A stretch of 64,000 nt of DNA, taken from contig NC_043002.1 in assembly GCF_006345805.1 (NCBI RefSeq), positions 13,764,001-13,828,000 on the forward strand. Direction: 5' to 3'. The DNA is from Octopus sinensis (taxonomy: Eukaryota). The notes under the pieces are model-generated. The model had not been told where the DNA came from. It did not search any database and saw only the letters and a program-made list of their open reading frames with translations. The translations under genes were made by a program, and so were the position numbers. Shown here piece by piece: positions 42,252 to 55,395 of this stretch. Each line of letters begins with the position of its first letter. The stretch's first letter is position 1.

Positions 42252-42779
42252 TAAATAATAAATGATAGTAATAATAATAGCAACAACAACAATAATAATA
42301 ACAAAAATTGAAAATAGAGAACATTTACAATATTTTTTAATAATAGATGGAAATAGTAATAATGGTAATAATAATAGTAGTGGTGGTAATGGTGATAATG
42401 ATAAAGCTAAAAATAAAGATATGTGCTGTAGCTGCTAATACTACAACTACTGCTATTCTGATAGCACAGGAACATGAGGCCCTACTACTAATACTAGCAC
42501 ACCTGTGTAACATCTGACTCTGTTAATATAACAGTGACAAATAGTAAAAAAATAAAAACAATAATATCAGTGATATCAGAGAAGATAAAAATAATTATAC
42601 TGAAAGGAAGCGGGTGGAACCTCTCCATGTCCTGATTAATAATATATCTAGTGATGTCGTCAGAATAAAAACACTGGTAATTGCGCAACCTGATATTCGC
42701 TACCTCACACGAGTGACAATTAAAAAAAACAACAAACAAAATATTGTGAATGACGGTGGTAATGAAACTGAAGTCAATG

Positions 42780-44718
42780 ATGGTGACAATGTTGCACCCG
42801 GCAGGCTCAGAGATTATTGTCCGGTTCCAGCCTGACGATGTCCAGAAAGGGACCACCACACACGGCGTAGACGGAGCCAGAAAATTAATGCTGTGGTCAT
42901 GGAGTGTTACTACATAATAAAACCGGTAGATGAAAATGATGCTCCAATTTGGGGTTACTGACAACGTATGCATGATCATTGTAGATAAAAATGATTGTTT
43001 CAACACACAGAACATAGATTATGTTATGAAGCTAGAACACGAAGAAGAAAATCGTTGGTTTACAGAAGTAGAGATCGATACTATCAAAGGATGGGCCTTG
43101 GGAAATAGCAGCAGAGATAACGATGAAAATACAATTTATACTAATATAAGTAATCTCATAGCACAGGAAAGGAGCACTGGTAGCTTACTTGACGAGAGGT
43201 ATAAAGATGATCTAAAAGAAGACAATAAATCTAATGGCGACATGACAAAGGAACAAAAGGCAATCTACGACAGAATACAAGAGAACGATAGCGACATAAT
43301 TTGCAACCTTAAAAGGTTGATCGGTGGAAACTGAGCCAAGAAAGGAAAAAAAAGAAGAATACACGCAGGGTTAGACATGCCCTCGAAAGAAAATTTCTGT
43401 GTTAGACCGAAAAGACAAAGGGAGCTTAAAAGCAAGCAAAATTACAGGGCGCTGAAAAAGAAGTATAATATTGAAAGAAAGGGCCTGAAAGTGATATTGG
43501 TGGAACTGAAACAGCGCCTTGTTGCAAAGAAGGCAAAGATGGTAAGATAGGACCAAAGAATGAAGGATTACCACCACAATAGATCAGAATAAATCAGAAG
43601 CGATTCTACAAAGAAATAAATGGAGAGTGTAAAGATGAAAAGATGATACCAGATAAAATTGAAAGTGAAAGGTTTTGGAGTGACATCTGGAGCAGACACG
43701 GAGCACAAGAAGGATGCTGAATGGTTGCAAGAACTGAAACAACCAGAAGCCTGTCCAAAACAGGCAGAACTAGTCGTCTCAGTCAAGGACGTGAAGGAAA
43801 TCAGCAAACAAAATAAGCAACTGGAAGGCTCCGGGACCACATGGAGTTCAAGATTACTGGATCAAAAGACTTGGTGAATGTCATACACAAATTGCTGCGT
43901 AACTCAACACCTTGTTTAATGCCGACCTAGGAACACCAGGGTAGGACAGTGCTGTGCCTGAAAAACATCGAAAAAGGTGATAAGGTAGGCCGATATCCTA
44001 TTTGTCACTTATGTGGAAGTTATTGACTGGAATACTCACAAAGTCAATGTACGAACATCTGCCAAAAAAAAATGGAGTACTGCCACATGAGCAGAAGGGT
44101 TGCAAGCATAAGCGCAGAGCTACCAAGAATTAACTCTTGATAGACAAAACTGCATTTAAAGATTGCAAGGGAAGGGAATATAAGTTAGCCATGTCATGGA
44201 TCGACTATCGTAAGGTGTTCGATAATGTCCCACACTCTTCGATAATGAAATGTATGAACCAATTTGGTATTGCATCGAATATTGAGCAATTGCTTGGAAA
44301 AAGTATGGTGAATTGGAGGACGGACCTAACAGCATATGGAAGAAGTTTAGGAACAGTAGGAATCAAGAGGGGCATCTTCCAAGAGGACTGACTGTCCCCA
44401 CTGATCTTTGTACTCTGCTTGATACCACTAACATTGAAACTGAGGAAAGACAAGATGGGTAAGTATTCAAAAGCCGCCAGCAAAAAGTCAACCATTTGTT
44501 ATTCATGGATGACCTCAAACTTTATGGTAAAAATGAAGCCCAAGTTATTTCCCTCGTTGATACGGTTATATCTTCAGTTCTGATATCAGAATGGAGTCCG
44601 GATTGAGAAAGTGTGGTGCGTTAGTCTTGAAGAGGGGCAAGATCAACATGCATGAACGGGCTATCGATACCGTCGGGGGGAGATTATGAAGTAGATAGAA
44701 GAGACGGGCTACAAGTAT
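42780..44718 (+). mobile_element. R4/Dong-type LINE, N-terminal and RT region, pseudogenised and 3'-truncated
   Basis: RRRRSQKINAVVMECYY; EQKGC; IDK..KDCK..LAMSWIDYRKVFDNVPHS; RGIFQED*LSPL; VNHLLFMDDLKLYGK. Confidence 0.88.
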
Positions 44719-44810
44719 ATATATATACATATTTATATATATTGTTTATATTATTATATGATCGAACGCCACGCATCATTTTTCAAGTTTCATATATGTA
44801 TATGTGTGTG

Positions 44811-45066
44811 TGTGACAATTATTCGGTAGCCAAGATAAACCTCCGAGTTTCGGATGCCGAGGTGGAAATCCACGCCACCATCTCTTCAGTTATCCGATGG
44901 CCGGATAACTGAAGAGATGGTGGCGTGGGTTTCCACCTCGGCGTCCGAAACTCGGAGTTTCATCTTGGCTACTGAATAATTGTCACATAATACATTTACA
45001 GATAAATACCTCTATTTACATAATATCGAGGTCGCTTTCTTTCTTTTGATAGCTTACCGTTTTTAT

Positions 45067-45070
<4 letters not shown>
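44811..45070 (+). mobile_element. Fold-back non-coding element (177-bp hairpin + tail) carrying hammerhead-like motifs on both strands
   Basis: 44811-44895 is the reverse complement of 44903-44987; GATAA-CTGAAGA-GATG..CGTCC-GAAA-CTCGGAG-TT-TCATC; shorter relative at 48539-48680. Confidence 0.8.
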
Positions 45071-45106
<36 letters not shown>

Positions 45107-45109
<3 letters not shown>

Positions 45110-45388
45110 CGTGACCGGCCAGGTTATCAGATGAGCTACACAATGCTGGTCATAATGCGCTTCGCATTGTTTTAGCCTTCAAATGACGCCACCCCGCTGG
45201 CTAAGCGAGTAGGCCAACAGAAGAAAGAGTGAGAGAAAGTTGTGGCGAAAGAGTACAGGAGGGATCGCCACCACCCCGTGCATGAGCCTCGTGGAGCTTT
45301 AGGTGTTTTCACTCAATAAACACTCGACGCCCAGCCTGGGAATCGAAACCGCGTTCCTACGACCGCGAGTCCGCTGCCCTAACCACTG

Positions 45389-45391
<3 letters not shown>
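45107..45391 (-). mobile_element. tRNA-derived SINE, family A (head clipped)
   Basis: Reverse complement CCCAGTGGTTAGGGCAGCGGACTCGCGGTCGTAGGAACGCGGTTTCGATTCCC. Confidence 0.85.
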
Positions 45392-45465
<74 letters not shown>

Positions 45466-45585
45466 CAACAATCAAGGAGGCCATAATAGGCCATTCACCC
45501 ACTAGAAATAACAGCCAAAGCTTCAACCGCAAATAAAAATCAATTCCGTAAACCAGGAGAAAATTTAAAAAACATTTACCCTGTA

Positions 45586-45692
45586 ATTTCTTATACGATG
45601 CACCGTTTCATCTGCTGTTTAATGGTAAACTAACCTGATTAAATTAAATCAAGCCAATCTTCCATAGGCCCTCAGATTCTTCAGTAAGAAAT
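45586..45692 (-). ncRNA. Type I hammerhead ribozyme (mirror copy)
   Basis: Reverse complement of 46170-46276. Confidence 0.85.
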
Positions 45693-46169
45693 AGCCAAGA
45701 CGGAACAGATATTTTCACGAGGCATTTCCGACCCTGCCAAGGCAATATCTGACCTAAAATTTTCAAATCATCGCACTCGCGCCAAATTATCGGCAGCAAA
45801 TAAATATAAGCCGTCGATTCCATTACGGAATTAACCAGAAAATCATAATTAATCAATATAGGGTGGCAAAAAAATTTTGTAGAATTTTTTTGCCACCCTA
45901 TATTGATTAATTAAGCCGTCGATTCCATTACGGAATTAACCAGAAAATTCATAATTAATCAATATAGGGTGGCAAAAAATTTTGTAGAATTTTTTTGCCA
46001 CCCTATATTGATTATGAATTTTCTGGTTAATTCCGTAATGGAATCGACGGCTTATATTTATTTGCTGCCGATAAATTTGGCGCGAGTGCGATGATTTGAA
46101 AATTTTAGGTCAGATATTGCCTTGGCAGGGTCGGAAATGCCTCGTGAAAATATCTGTTCCGTCTTGGCT

Positions 46170-46276
46170 ATTTCTTACTGAAGAATCTGAGGGCCTATGG
46201 AAGATTGGCTTGATTTAATTTAATCAGGTTAGTTTACCATTAAACAGCAGATGAAACGGTGCATCGTATAAGAAAT
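46170..46276 (+). ncRNA. Type I hammerhead ribozyme, intact, GUA triplet
   Basis: ATTTCTTA-CTGAAGA-ATCTG...CAGAT-GAAA-CGGTGCATCG-TA-TAAGAAAT; 8-bp stem I, 5-bp stem II base, near-palindromic stem III. Confidence 0.87.
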
Positions 46277-46500
46277 TACAGGGTAAATGTTTTTTAAATT
46301 TTCTCCTGGTTTACGGAATTGATTTTTATTTGCGGTTGAAGCTTTGGCTGTTATTTCTAGTGGGTGAATGGCCTATTATGGCCGTTCCTTGATTGTTGAT
46401 GTTGAACTTAAAAATGGTCTATGACTATCTAATTTTTTCCCACTAGGCCGCTGGTGGCAAAAAAATTCTACAAAATTTTTTTGCCACCCTATATTGATTA

Positions 46501-46558
<58 letters not shown>

Positions 46559-46566
46559 CTTGCATG

Positions 46567-46615
<49 letters not shown>

Positions 46616-47170
46616 CATATATATATATACGTATATATATGCATACATATATGTTTGTATGTGTGTGTGATTGCATTTGCTTGTATGCGTATGTGCGCTT
46701 TTAGATATGTCTGTTTAGACTGAAATGTTTTCTTGTGATCATACTTCTGACAGAATATGCATAACATTTAATATCTTTCAAAAAATACTTCAGCTATATT
46801 TGCATAAATCCATTGAGAATTCATTCACATTATGCAATTTTCTGAAATCACCCATATATATATATATATATATACATAAATACATCACTTGTTTTTTTCA
46901 CAATACATTTCTTATATAAGTGTATTTGTTTATTGATGATGAAGCCACTTATAAATTATTTGTACATTTGCTACTTGAATGAGTAAAGAATTAGTTAATA
47001 TTTTTACTATTAAAATTAACTATTCGGAGACTTTTAACCTGTCGCTGTGAAATGAAAGAAAAATTATGAATATAAATATCAGAGGAAAAGAGAATGTTTT
47101 CCTTATTGATCTAATGCACGCATTATATAATCGCAGTTCATATAATGTACAACATTGATGATACATAATG

Positions 47171-47554
47171 GATGGAAGCACTCCGTCGGTTACGACGACG
47201 AGGGTTCCGGTTGATCCGATCAACGGAACAGCCTGCTCGTGAAATTAACGTGTAAGTGGCTGAGCACTCCACAGACACGTGTACTCTTAACGCAGTTCTC
47301 GGGGATATTCAGCGTGACGCAGAGAGCGACAAGGCCGGCCCTTTGAAATACAGGTACAACAGAAACAGGAAGTAAGAGTGAGAGAAAGTTGTGGTGAAAG
47401 AGTACAGCAGGGTTCCCTCCACCCTGCCGGAGCCTCGTGGAGCTTTTAGGTGTTTTTGCTCAATAAACACTCACAACGCCCGGTCTGGGAATCGAAACCG
47501 CGATCCTACGACCGCGAGTCCGCTGCCCTAACCACTGGGCCATTGCGCCTCCAC
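47171..47554 (-). mobile_element. tRNA-derived SINE, family A, full length
   Basis: Complete head GTGGAGGCGCAATGGCCCAGTGGTTAGGGCAGCGGACTCGCG; 12-bp TSD TGATACATAATG. Confidence 0.92.
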
Positions 47555-48308
47555 TGATACATAATGCGTCGTGTGTTATGAGAATTTCTTTGCATAAGCG
47601 AAACTCAGTACTAATCGATGGTAAACTATTGTATAATCTACTCTTTATTTAATTAAAGTATTTATTTTCTTGCCTTATAAACCACTCATGAGTTTCGGTA
47701 AATTAGTATCAGGAGTACATACTTGCAGTTGAAATATATAATTTTGTTTACTCTCTTCAGTATTCAACAAAAGAACGGGGAATTTTAACAGGCTGATATA
47801 TATACAAACTATATAATCATGGCAACAGTTTCAATAAACACATGTATGTTTTATAAAGCATTGAATATCTTACATATGCCTGTATTTTATCATTACTGTC
47901 ATGCGGCTAGTATTCTTCATAATGGACTATCCTTCCGTGGTCTAATCCTTCGAGTCAGACAACACTGAATATAAGAGTAGAGTGAGGGACACTGAGATCC
48001 AAATGTGGATGTGTCGTATTTCATAGGACGTGTATTATATATACACATACACGCATATTTGTGTGATTTAACTAAAGAAGGAGGCGGGTAGATGTTTTTT
48101 TGCGAATATATTTATATATATTCTTTATTTGTGAATTAAGGGTGTTTTTCAAAATGGAGGCGAAAACCTTCTTGCGATTAGTTTAAAAATTATTGGCACT
48201 AGTATATTTTCCTACTTTTATTAGCATGAACTAAATAAAGAAATTATATATCCACCAATGCGGTGTTGAGCAGTCATTTCATCGTTCGACATTTATGTAT
48301 ATATATAT

Positions 48309-48351
<43 letters not shown>

Positions 48352-48382
48352 ATATATATTATATATATATATATACATACAT

Positions 48383-48427
<45 letters not shown>

Positions 48428-48538
48428 TATATATAAATATATACATATATAGATAAATAAATATATATATGTATAAATATATATTTATATACATATATAT
48501 ATTTAAATATATATATACATATATATGTAAATATAAAC

Positions 48539-48680
48539 TGTGACAATTATTCGGTAGCCATGATAAAACTCCGAGTTTATCATGGCTACCGAATAAATGT
48601 CACATATATTTACAGATAAATTCCTCTATTTACATAATATCGAAGTCTCTTTCTTTTGTTGTCTTGTCATTTCTATCAAT
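48539..48680 (+). mobile_element. Short fold-back copy of the 44811 family
   Basis: TGTGACAATTATTCGGTAGCCATGATAAA..TTTATCATGGCTACCGAATAAATGTCACA, followed by the same tail as 44988-45070. Confidence 0.8.
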
Positions 48681-48696
48681 ACACACACACACAACA

Positions 48697-48734
<38 letters not shown>

Positions 48735-49466
48735 TTTATAGATACGCATAGGCTAAATCTGGTGGGAAGTGATGAGTATCTATTAACCTCCTCTGAGTAA
48801 GCTGGGTTCTTATCACTTCCACCAGATTGTAGTGACCAAACCGAGGAGACGACATGTCCATAACTAAAATATTATAAATTGATTGTGAGAGACATTTTAT
48901 GCAGTTTTTTCCCCAAAAACAAATGCTTGAGGTCTACTTAGAAGGAAACGGAAATGTCTTCTAGATTGAGAGAAAGAGAGAAAGTGAGAGATAGCTTAAA
49001 TCACTATTATAACTGAGAGGAAAAGGAGACGATGTTAGTGAGTCAGAGAATGCAACAGTTTGAGGGAAAATGCTATAAAAATATAAATTGCCTTATGATT
49101 GGATAAAAACTCAAGAGATAAACTCTGCGCCTGGGAAAGGAAGCTGGTGATATATATGTTTTTGTTTTAGTAATGAGCCGAACAATTGTTTATGTAGCAA
49201 CAACATCTGGACATGTGATTCAGGCGAACATTCTGGAGTGTTAGTAACTACGGGACATAAACTATATTTTCTGAAGCATAAACGTCAAAATGACTTTGTG
49301 ATGCAGATTTTACATTGGTGTGAGATTTACTAGGTGAGATAGCTACTAAATTTTAGTACAAGCATTCGGAAATTTTTTACTAGCATAACTAACTAGCCTT
49401 CCAGAATCAATTGTGTTTCGAATATCATATTTTAGATCACATTGGAAAATATATAAAGGATATACA

Positions 49467-49672
49467 CTTTTACTATTTTATTTGTTTTAGTCATTTGACT
49501 GTGGTCATGCTGGAGCACCGCCTTTAGTCGAGAAAATCGACCCCAGGACTTACTCTTTGTAAGCCTAGTACTTATTCTATCGTTCCATTTTGTCGGACCG
49601 TTAAGTTACGGGGACCTAAACACACCACCATCGGTTGTCAAGCAATGCTGGGGAAGGGAATACAAATACACA

Positions 49673-49760
<88 letters not shown>

Positions 49761-49915
49761 TACGACGGGCTTCTTTCAGTTTCCGTGTAACAAATCCACT
49801 CACAAGGCTTGGTCGGCCCGAGGCTATAGTAGAAGGCACTTCTACGTAGTGGGACTGAACCCAGAATCATGTGGTTTGTTAGCAAGCTACTTACCACACA
49901 ACCATTCCTACGCCT
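49467..49915 (-). mobile_element. SINE family B with internal (CA)n(TA)n
   Basis: Reverse complement of the 39352-39773 consensus. Confidence 0.88.
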
Positions 49916-49957
49916 ATACATATACATAGACATACATACTTACATTCATATGTACAT

Positions 49958-50275
49958 AAATACCAATCTTGAGAAATTGGGCTTCTCAAAACTAGAAAGG
50001 AGAAAGCTGATTCGAAGACTACTGGTGCAAGCCATCACTGGAACTGTAAAAATCTGTAAAACTTTCCTTAAGTTTATCATTTTGGTATATATGAGCCTGT
50101 CTAGATATACAAGTATATATATGAGAAGACATACATAAAGCAAAACATACTAATCTACACGAATACATACATACAAAAATACCCTGTTGTTGAAATCCAA
50201 TGAAAGAACTTTGGATCTTTGAATCGGCCCCTTTCTAAATTGGCAAGAAATCTTGGAATAAAACTGAATAATCAC
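49958..50275 (+). mobile_element. Probable LINE extreme 3' end with a (CATA)n tail
   Basis: TNLEKLGFSKLERRKLIRRLLVQAITGTVKICKTFLKF resembles RLE-LINE C-termini; CATA repeats on both sides. Confidence 0.45.
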
Positions 50276-50296
50276 ATACATACATACATACATACA

Positions 50297-50328
<32 letters not shown>

Positions 50329-50457
50329 CATACATACATACATACATATATACATACATACATAGACGCATACATACATGTATATACGACTGGCAGCTGA
50401 AGTGTTTCTGTCTACGAAGTTCACTCACAAAAGAATTTTGGGCCCAGGTTTATAATA

Positions 50458-50584
50458 CAGCGTGTCCCCAAAATCTGGGTACATAGAGTAAATAAAATCA
50501 GAACATAAAGAATTAAATAAAAGAAATAATAATTTCTTGAAGTATGTGTTAATCCCCATGTACACAGACTTTGTGGACACCCTG
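50458..50584. mobile_element. 127-bp Tc1/mariner-type MITE
   Basis: TIRs CAGCGTGTCCCCAAAATCTGGGTACAT / ATGTACACAGACTTTGTGGACACCCTG; TA TSD. Confidence 0.8.
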
Positions 50585-51402
50585 TAGAATATATGCAATA
50601 TATTAATATAGTGAAGTTTTTTTTTCTGTTGAATAGAATCCAAATTCTCATCCCTCTTCTTCACAGCAACTGTGAAGAAATGAAACGAAACATACATATA
50701 AAGCGTCTGTCATACACCTAAATGCATACAAACTATCACTAAGACACAGTCAAAAATAGAGAAACACACAGATTCACAAACACACAAACACATATTTCAA
50801 ACACAAACACACACAAGCACACACACATATACAAATTTATCTACTGTTTGATTTCCAAGGCGTTTTTTTAAACTTTGGGCGTCAGTGAAGAAGTTACCGA
50901 TAATTGCGGCATGTTTCTAGTTTAGTGGTATTTGAGAATATAAAATTACATTGCTGTAATAAATATGAGATCAATACTGTACCTCAAGTGATTCTTAAAT
51001 CCATGTGGCGCAATATCATTTTATATACACCCACATATACACGTACTTCCCCAAATTTACAACAATTTGCCGTACTAGGATTAAAATGAAGGACAAACAC
51101 ATCGATATGTATTCTCTTCGTGTTCTCAATTCACTCAGATGCACTTAGATAAATGGATGTACATACATGCGTACAGTCTCAGTTATATTGCACTGACTAA
51201 AGTGTACGCATGGTTGTTGTTCGTGTATGCGTATGTGTGTGTATACATATTGATTGATTGATTGATTCCAGTTCCAGCCTATGAGCTGTGGCCATGCTGG
51301 GGCACCGCCATTTATATATATATATATTATTATTATTATTATTATTATTATTATCATTATATATCTTATGTGTCTGCACACGCTCAGCAAACCTGTATAT
51401 AC

Positions 51403-51441
<39 letters not shown>

Positions 51442-52467
51442 CATACATATATACACACACATACATATATATTATGTATATATATACGCTCAAACCAACC
51501 TGTATATATTATATATATATATATGCGCGTATATATGGATATATATGCATATAATATATGTTTATATCTAATGTATATATCTATATCTATATCTATATCT
51601 ATCTATCTATCTATTCTATCTATCTATATATATATATATACATACATATATACATATATACGTATATGGCCACTTACAAACATATAACTTATACATAGGG
51701 TGTGTGGTTTGTGTGTGTGGGAAAAGAGAGAAGAGCTAAGGCATATTACGAGATATATATATATATAGAGAGAGAGAGGGGAATTGAGAGAGAATGAAAG
51801 ATAGAGAGACCGTGACAGAAAAAGAGTGACGGACTCGAAACCTGCCTATATTGATAATCCCGACGAACATTTTGTGTCTATTTGAAAATGGTGGAATCTG
51901 TTTGAAATCCTCTATGCGTAATAGAACACACCTTTTTGAAAACATGAATACTTGGTCTTTGCAACGTGGCTTGGCTTCGATTCAACTATAAATTGGATAC
52001 TGCCTAAAGAAAGAAAAAAAAAATAGAGAGATAAAAAAAGAGAAACAAATTTATCATTAATTCTTCTGGTGCCAAAGCAATCCAGTACCAATTAGAATAT
52101 ACCATCAATAGTTGTGTAAAATGACAGTCTTTGAGCTGCCAATCTCCCTATTTGTTTCTCTTTCATTTTCTCTCTTGGTTTATCTCCTCTCTCTCTCTCT
52201 CTTTGATGCTTTATTTCTCTTTTGCTTATGTCTTTCTTGGTGTCTCCATCAGTGTCTTCACAACGTACAAATATTCTATTAAAGCTGTTCGATATTGCCA
52301 TCTAAGTTATCAGACTTTTAATATACTTAGCTACCAAATACACACAAACCACGCATACACATATACATTTATACAAAAATATAGTGACGAGTACTTCTCA
52401 AACTTCCAGACATACGCGCATATATACCTACCTACCTATCTACACATTTATATACATATATAAATAC

Positions 52468-52517
<50 letters not shown>

Positions 52518-52591
52518 ATATATATTATATATATTATATATATATTATATATATATATATATCTATTTATATCATACATATATATATATAC

Positions 52592-52641
<50 letters not shown>

Positions 52642-52905
52642 ATATTATATGAATATAGATATACGCAAGCATACACACACTCACGGACACGCATACACAA
52701 ATATATGATATATACATATGTATATATTAATATATATATGGGTGTTGTGTTTGTATATATATATCTGTTTGTATATATACATTTGTGTGTGTATGTATTT
52801 ATATATACTTTTAAACCAAACATGGACACAGAGCAATCTTGCTGAGTAATAACCTAATAACTGCGTCACTTAGGCGCTATCGAACTATAGCTAGAAATAT
52901 AAACA

Positions 52906-52940
<35 letters not shown>

Positions 52941-53409
52941 ATGTAAAACATAAACGAATTCATATATGTATGTTAACGTATATTTGTATAAACTGCACTA
53001 TATAATGTCAGACCAATACTTTCTCCCATATATGTATGAACAATTATGTTAAGTTTCCGAAGGATGAAACTGAACTTAGCCGAAACTTTGAATTTTCTTG
53101 TAAAAGCGTGTGTATCTTTGTGCTTGTGTGTGTGTGCGTGTGTGTGCCTGTAAATACGTGTATGAGCGTGTGTGTGTCAGTGTCTGTGTGTGTGTGTATA
53201 ACGTTGCCCCTATATTAATAATGATTGAACGCTATTATTATTTAGTTCTTACTGATCTCACCTATGTTCGATTATTTTCGAGTGTATTCCGGCCAGGCGT
53301 GACCATCGTTTTCTATTTCTCCCACTCATATCAGCTCTCTGCTTTCAATCCCGCCGCAATAAAATGTAGATTTTTATACCTCCAAGCGGACTACAAATGC
53401 TATTCATTA

Positions 53410-53845
53410 GCGCAGCAGTGGCTGTGTGGTAAGTAGCTCGCTTACAAGCCACATTTTCCGGTTCACTCCCACTGCGTGTCTTCTACTATAGCCTTGATGG
53501 TGGATTTCGTAGGCGAAAACTGAAAGATGCCCGTCGTATATATATATATTATATATATATATATAATATATATCACATCAAGGAACGGCCATAATGGCCA
53601 TGGACCCACATGTGGGTGAATGGCCTATTATGGCCGTTCCTTGATTGTTGATGTTGAACTTAAAATGTCTATCTATCTATTTCTTTTTTCCTCACTATCC
53701 GCTGGTGCTAAAAGAATTCTATCAAAATTTTTTTCACCACCCTATATTTATTATGTATATATATATATATCTATGCTGAGACCCCCTTCGGCCATGAGAC
53801 AGACCATGGAAGACCAGCAGTCGCCCATGCATATATCTATCTATC

Positions 53846-53888
<43 letters not shown>

Positions 53889-53889
53889 A

Positions 53890-53940
<51 letters not shown>

Positions 53941-54110
53941 ATCTCTATCTATCTATATTATGTACATATGTGTGTGTATGTTTGTGGTCTGTGTTGTCCC
54001 CCCACCTCACTTGAAAACCGATGTTAGTGTGGTTACGTCCCGTAACTTAGCATTTCGGCAAAACAGATCGTAGAATGTAGTACTAGGTATGTACAATAAT
54101 ATCCTGGGTC
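53410..54110 (+). mobile_element. SINE family B interrupted by nested inserts
   Basis: Head 53410-53537, tail ~53975-54110; fold-back element 53576-53752 sits in its internal (TA)n. Confidence 0.75.
53576..53752 (+). mobile_element. Short fold-back copy of the 45464 family
   Basis: ATCAAGGAACGGCCATAATGGCCAT..CCCAC-AT-GTGGGTGAATGGCCTATTATGGCCGTTCCTTGAT, then matches 46400-46500. Confidence 0.82.
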
Positions 54111-54424
54111 GTATTCGTTGTACTGGAAATGTGCCCATGTATTCCATATTCAATGTAAGGGCTCGGTTTGTCATGCATGTATTAAGTATGTGATGTATGT
54201 ATGTATTGTACATGTTGTGCGTATGGTTGTACATGTCCACATGTATGTATGGTATGTATGTATGTGAAAGATAATATCAGTATGTATGTATGTTCCTGCA
54301 GTATGAAATGGTATGTAATGTCCTGCATGCATAATGTATCGGGTGGTTTCAATGTATGAGTATGTAACACTGTTCTATCAATGATGTATGCAATCGTGTA
54401 ACGTATGTATGTATGTATGTATGT

Positions 54425-54459
54425 ATTTCTGACGAAGAGCTCCACTCGGAACGTGAAAT
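54425..54459 (+). ncRNA. Degenerate minimal hammerhead in a PLE pLTR fragment (54425-54556)
   Basis: ATTT-CTGACGA-A-GAG-CTCCA-CTC-GGAA-CG-TG-AAAT; downstream TTCCTGAGCGT matches the 13385-13510 pLTR. Confidence 0.5.
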
Positions 54460-54835
54460 CCTCCTTCTTTCTTACCTTTCCTGAGCGTCCAATAGCACTA
54501 TACTTATTCCACGTCCTCGCGTTGCTGTTTTCTTTTTGTTCATGTTTGGATTAAAAGTATGTATGTATGTATGTATGTATGTATGTATGTATGTATGTAT
54601 GTATGTATGTATGTATGTATGTTGCATGTATGTATGTATGTATGTATGTATGTATGTATGTATGCGACAGGTGGAAATCTGCGAAGTAGTAACAGTAATG
54701 TATATTTATTTTTATAATTTTAAAAATTTGTACATATTTATTTTATTATAAAGGCAAAACACCACGAAGTATTCGACGTAAGATTAAATGATAAACCGCG
54801 ATATGGCGAGGGTGTACTATATATGTATATATGTA

Positions 54836-55270
54836 TTCTTTCACGTGTTTCAATCATTTTGACCATGGCCATGCTGAAGCACCACCTTTAGTCGAGCAAA
54901 TCAACCTCAGGACTTATTCGTTGGAAGCCTAGTTCTTATTCTATCTTATTCTATCTTTTGCCGAACCGCTAGGTTATGGGGACGTAAACACACCACCCTC
55001 GAAATATATTGTTTCTGAGTGTGAATTTCAAGTGAAGTTGGGGTGACAAACGCAGACACAAAAACATATATACACACACGTACATAGATACATATATATA
55101 TGTATATATATACATACATATATACGTCAGGCTTCTTTCAGATTCCGTCTACAAATCCACTTACAAGGCTTTGGTCGGCCCGAGGCTATAGTAGAAGACA
55201 CGCGGTGGGAATGAACCCGGAACCATGTGGGGGGTAAGCAGCTACTTACCACAATGCCAATCCTGTGCCT
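54836..55270 (-). mobile_element. SINE family B
   Basis: Reverse complement of the family B consensus. Confidence 0.8.
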
Positions 55271-55395
55271 GTATATATATATATTATATATATAATATAT
55301 ATATATATTATATATAGATAATTATATATATATATATATATAGTATATATATATATATATATAGTATATTATATATATATATATATATATGTATA

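Larger units (their letters stand above)
45464..46502. mobile_element. ~1-kb palindromic non-coding element with twin hammerheads (PLE-associated / retrozyme-like)
   Basis: 45464-~45850 is a near-perfect reverse complement of ~46010-46400; central ~104-bp direct duplication; three copies of hairpin GGTGGCAAAAAA..TTTTTTGCCACC; flanked by (TA)n. Confidence 0.85.

Noticed and set aside
45808-46014. CRISPR-like repeat array
   Set aside because: The intervening sequence is duplicated rather than unique spacer; eukaryotic context; no cas genes
48829-49465. Solo LTR (TGT...ACA)
   Set aside because: No TSD, no second copy and no PBS/PPT in the window
54110-54424. Irregular TATG-derived sequence as a novel element
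   Set aside because: Looks like a degenerate or poorly polished (TATG)n microsatellite
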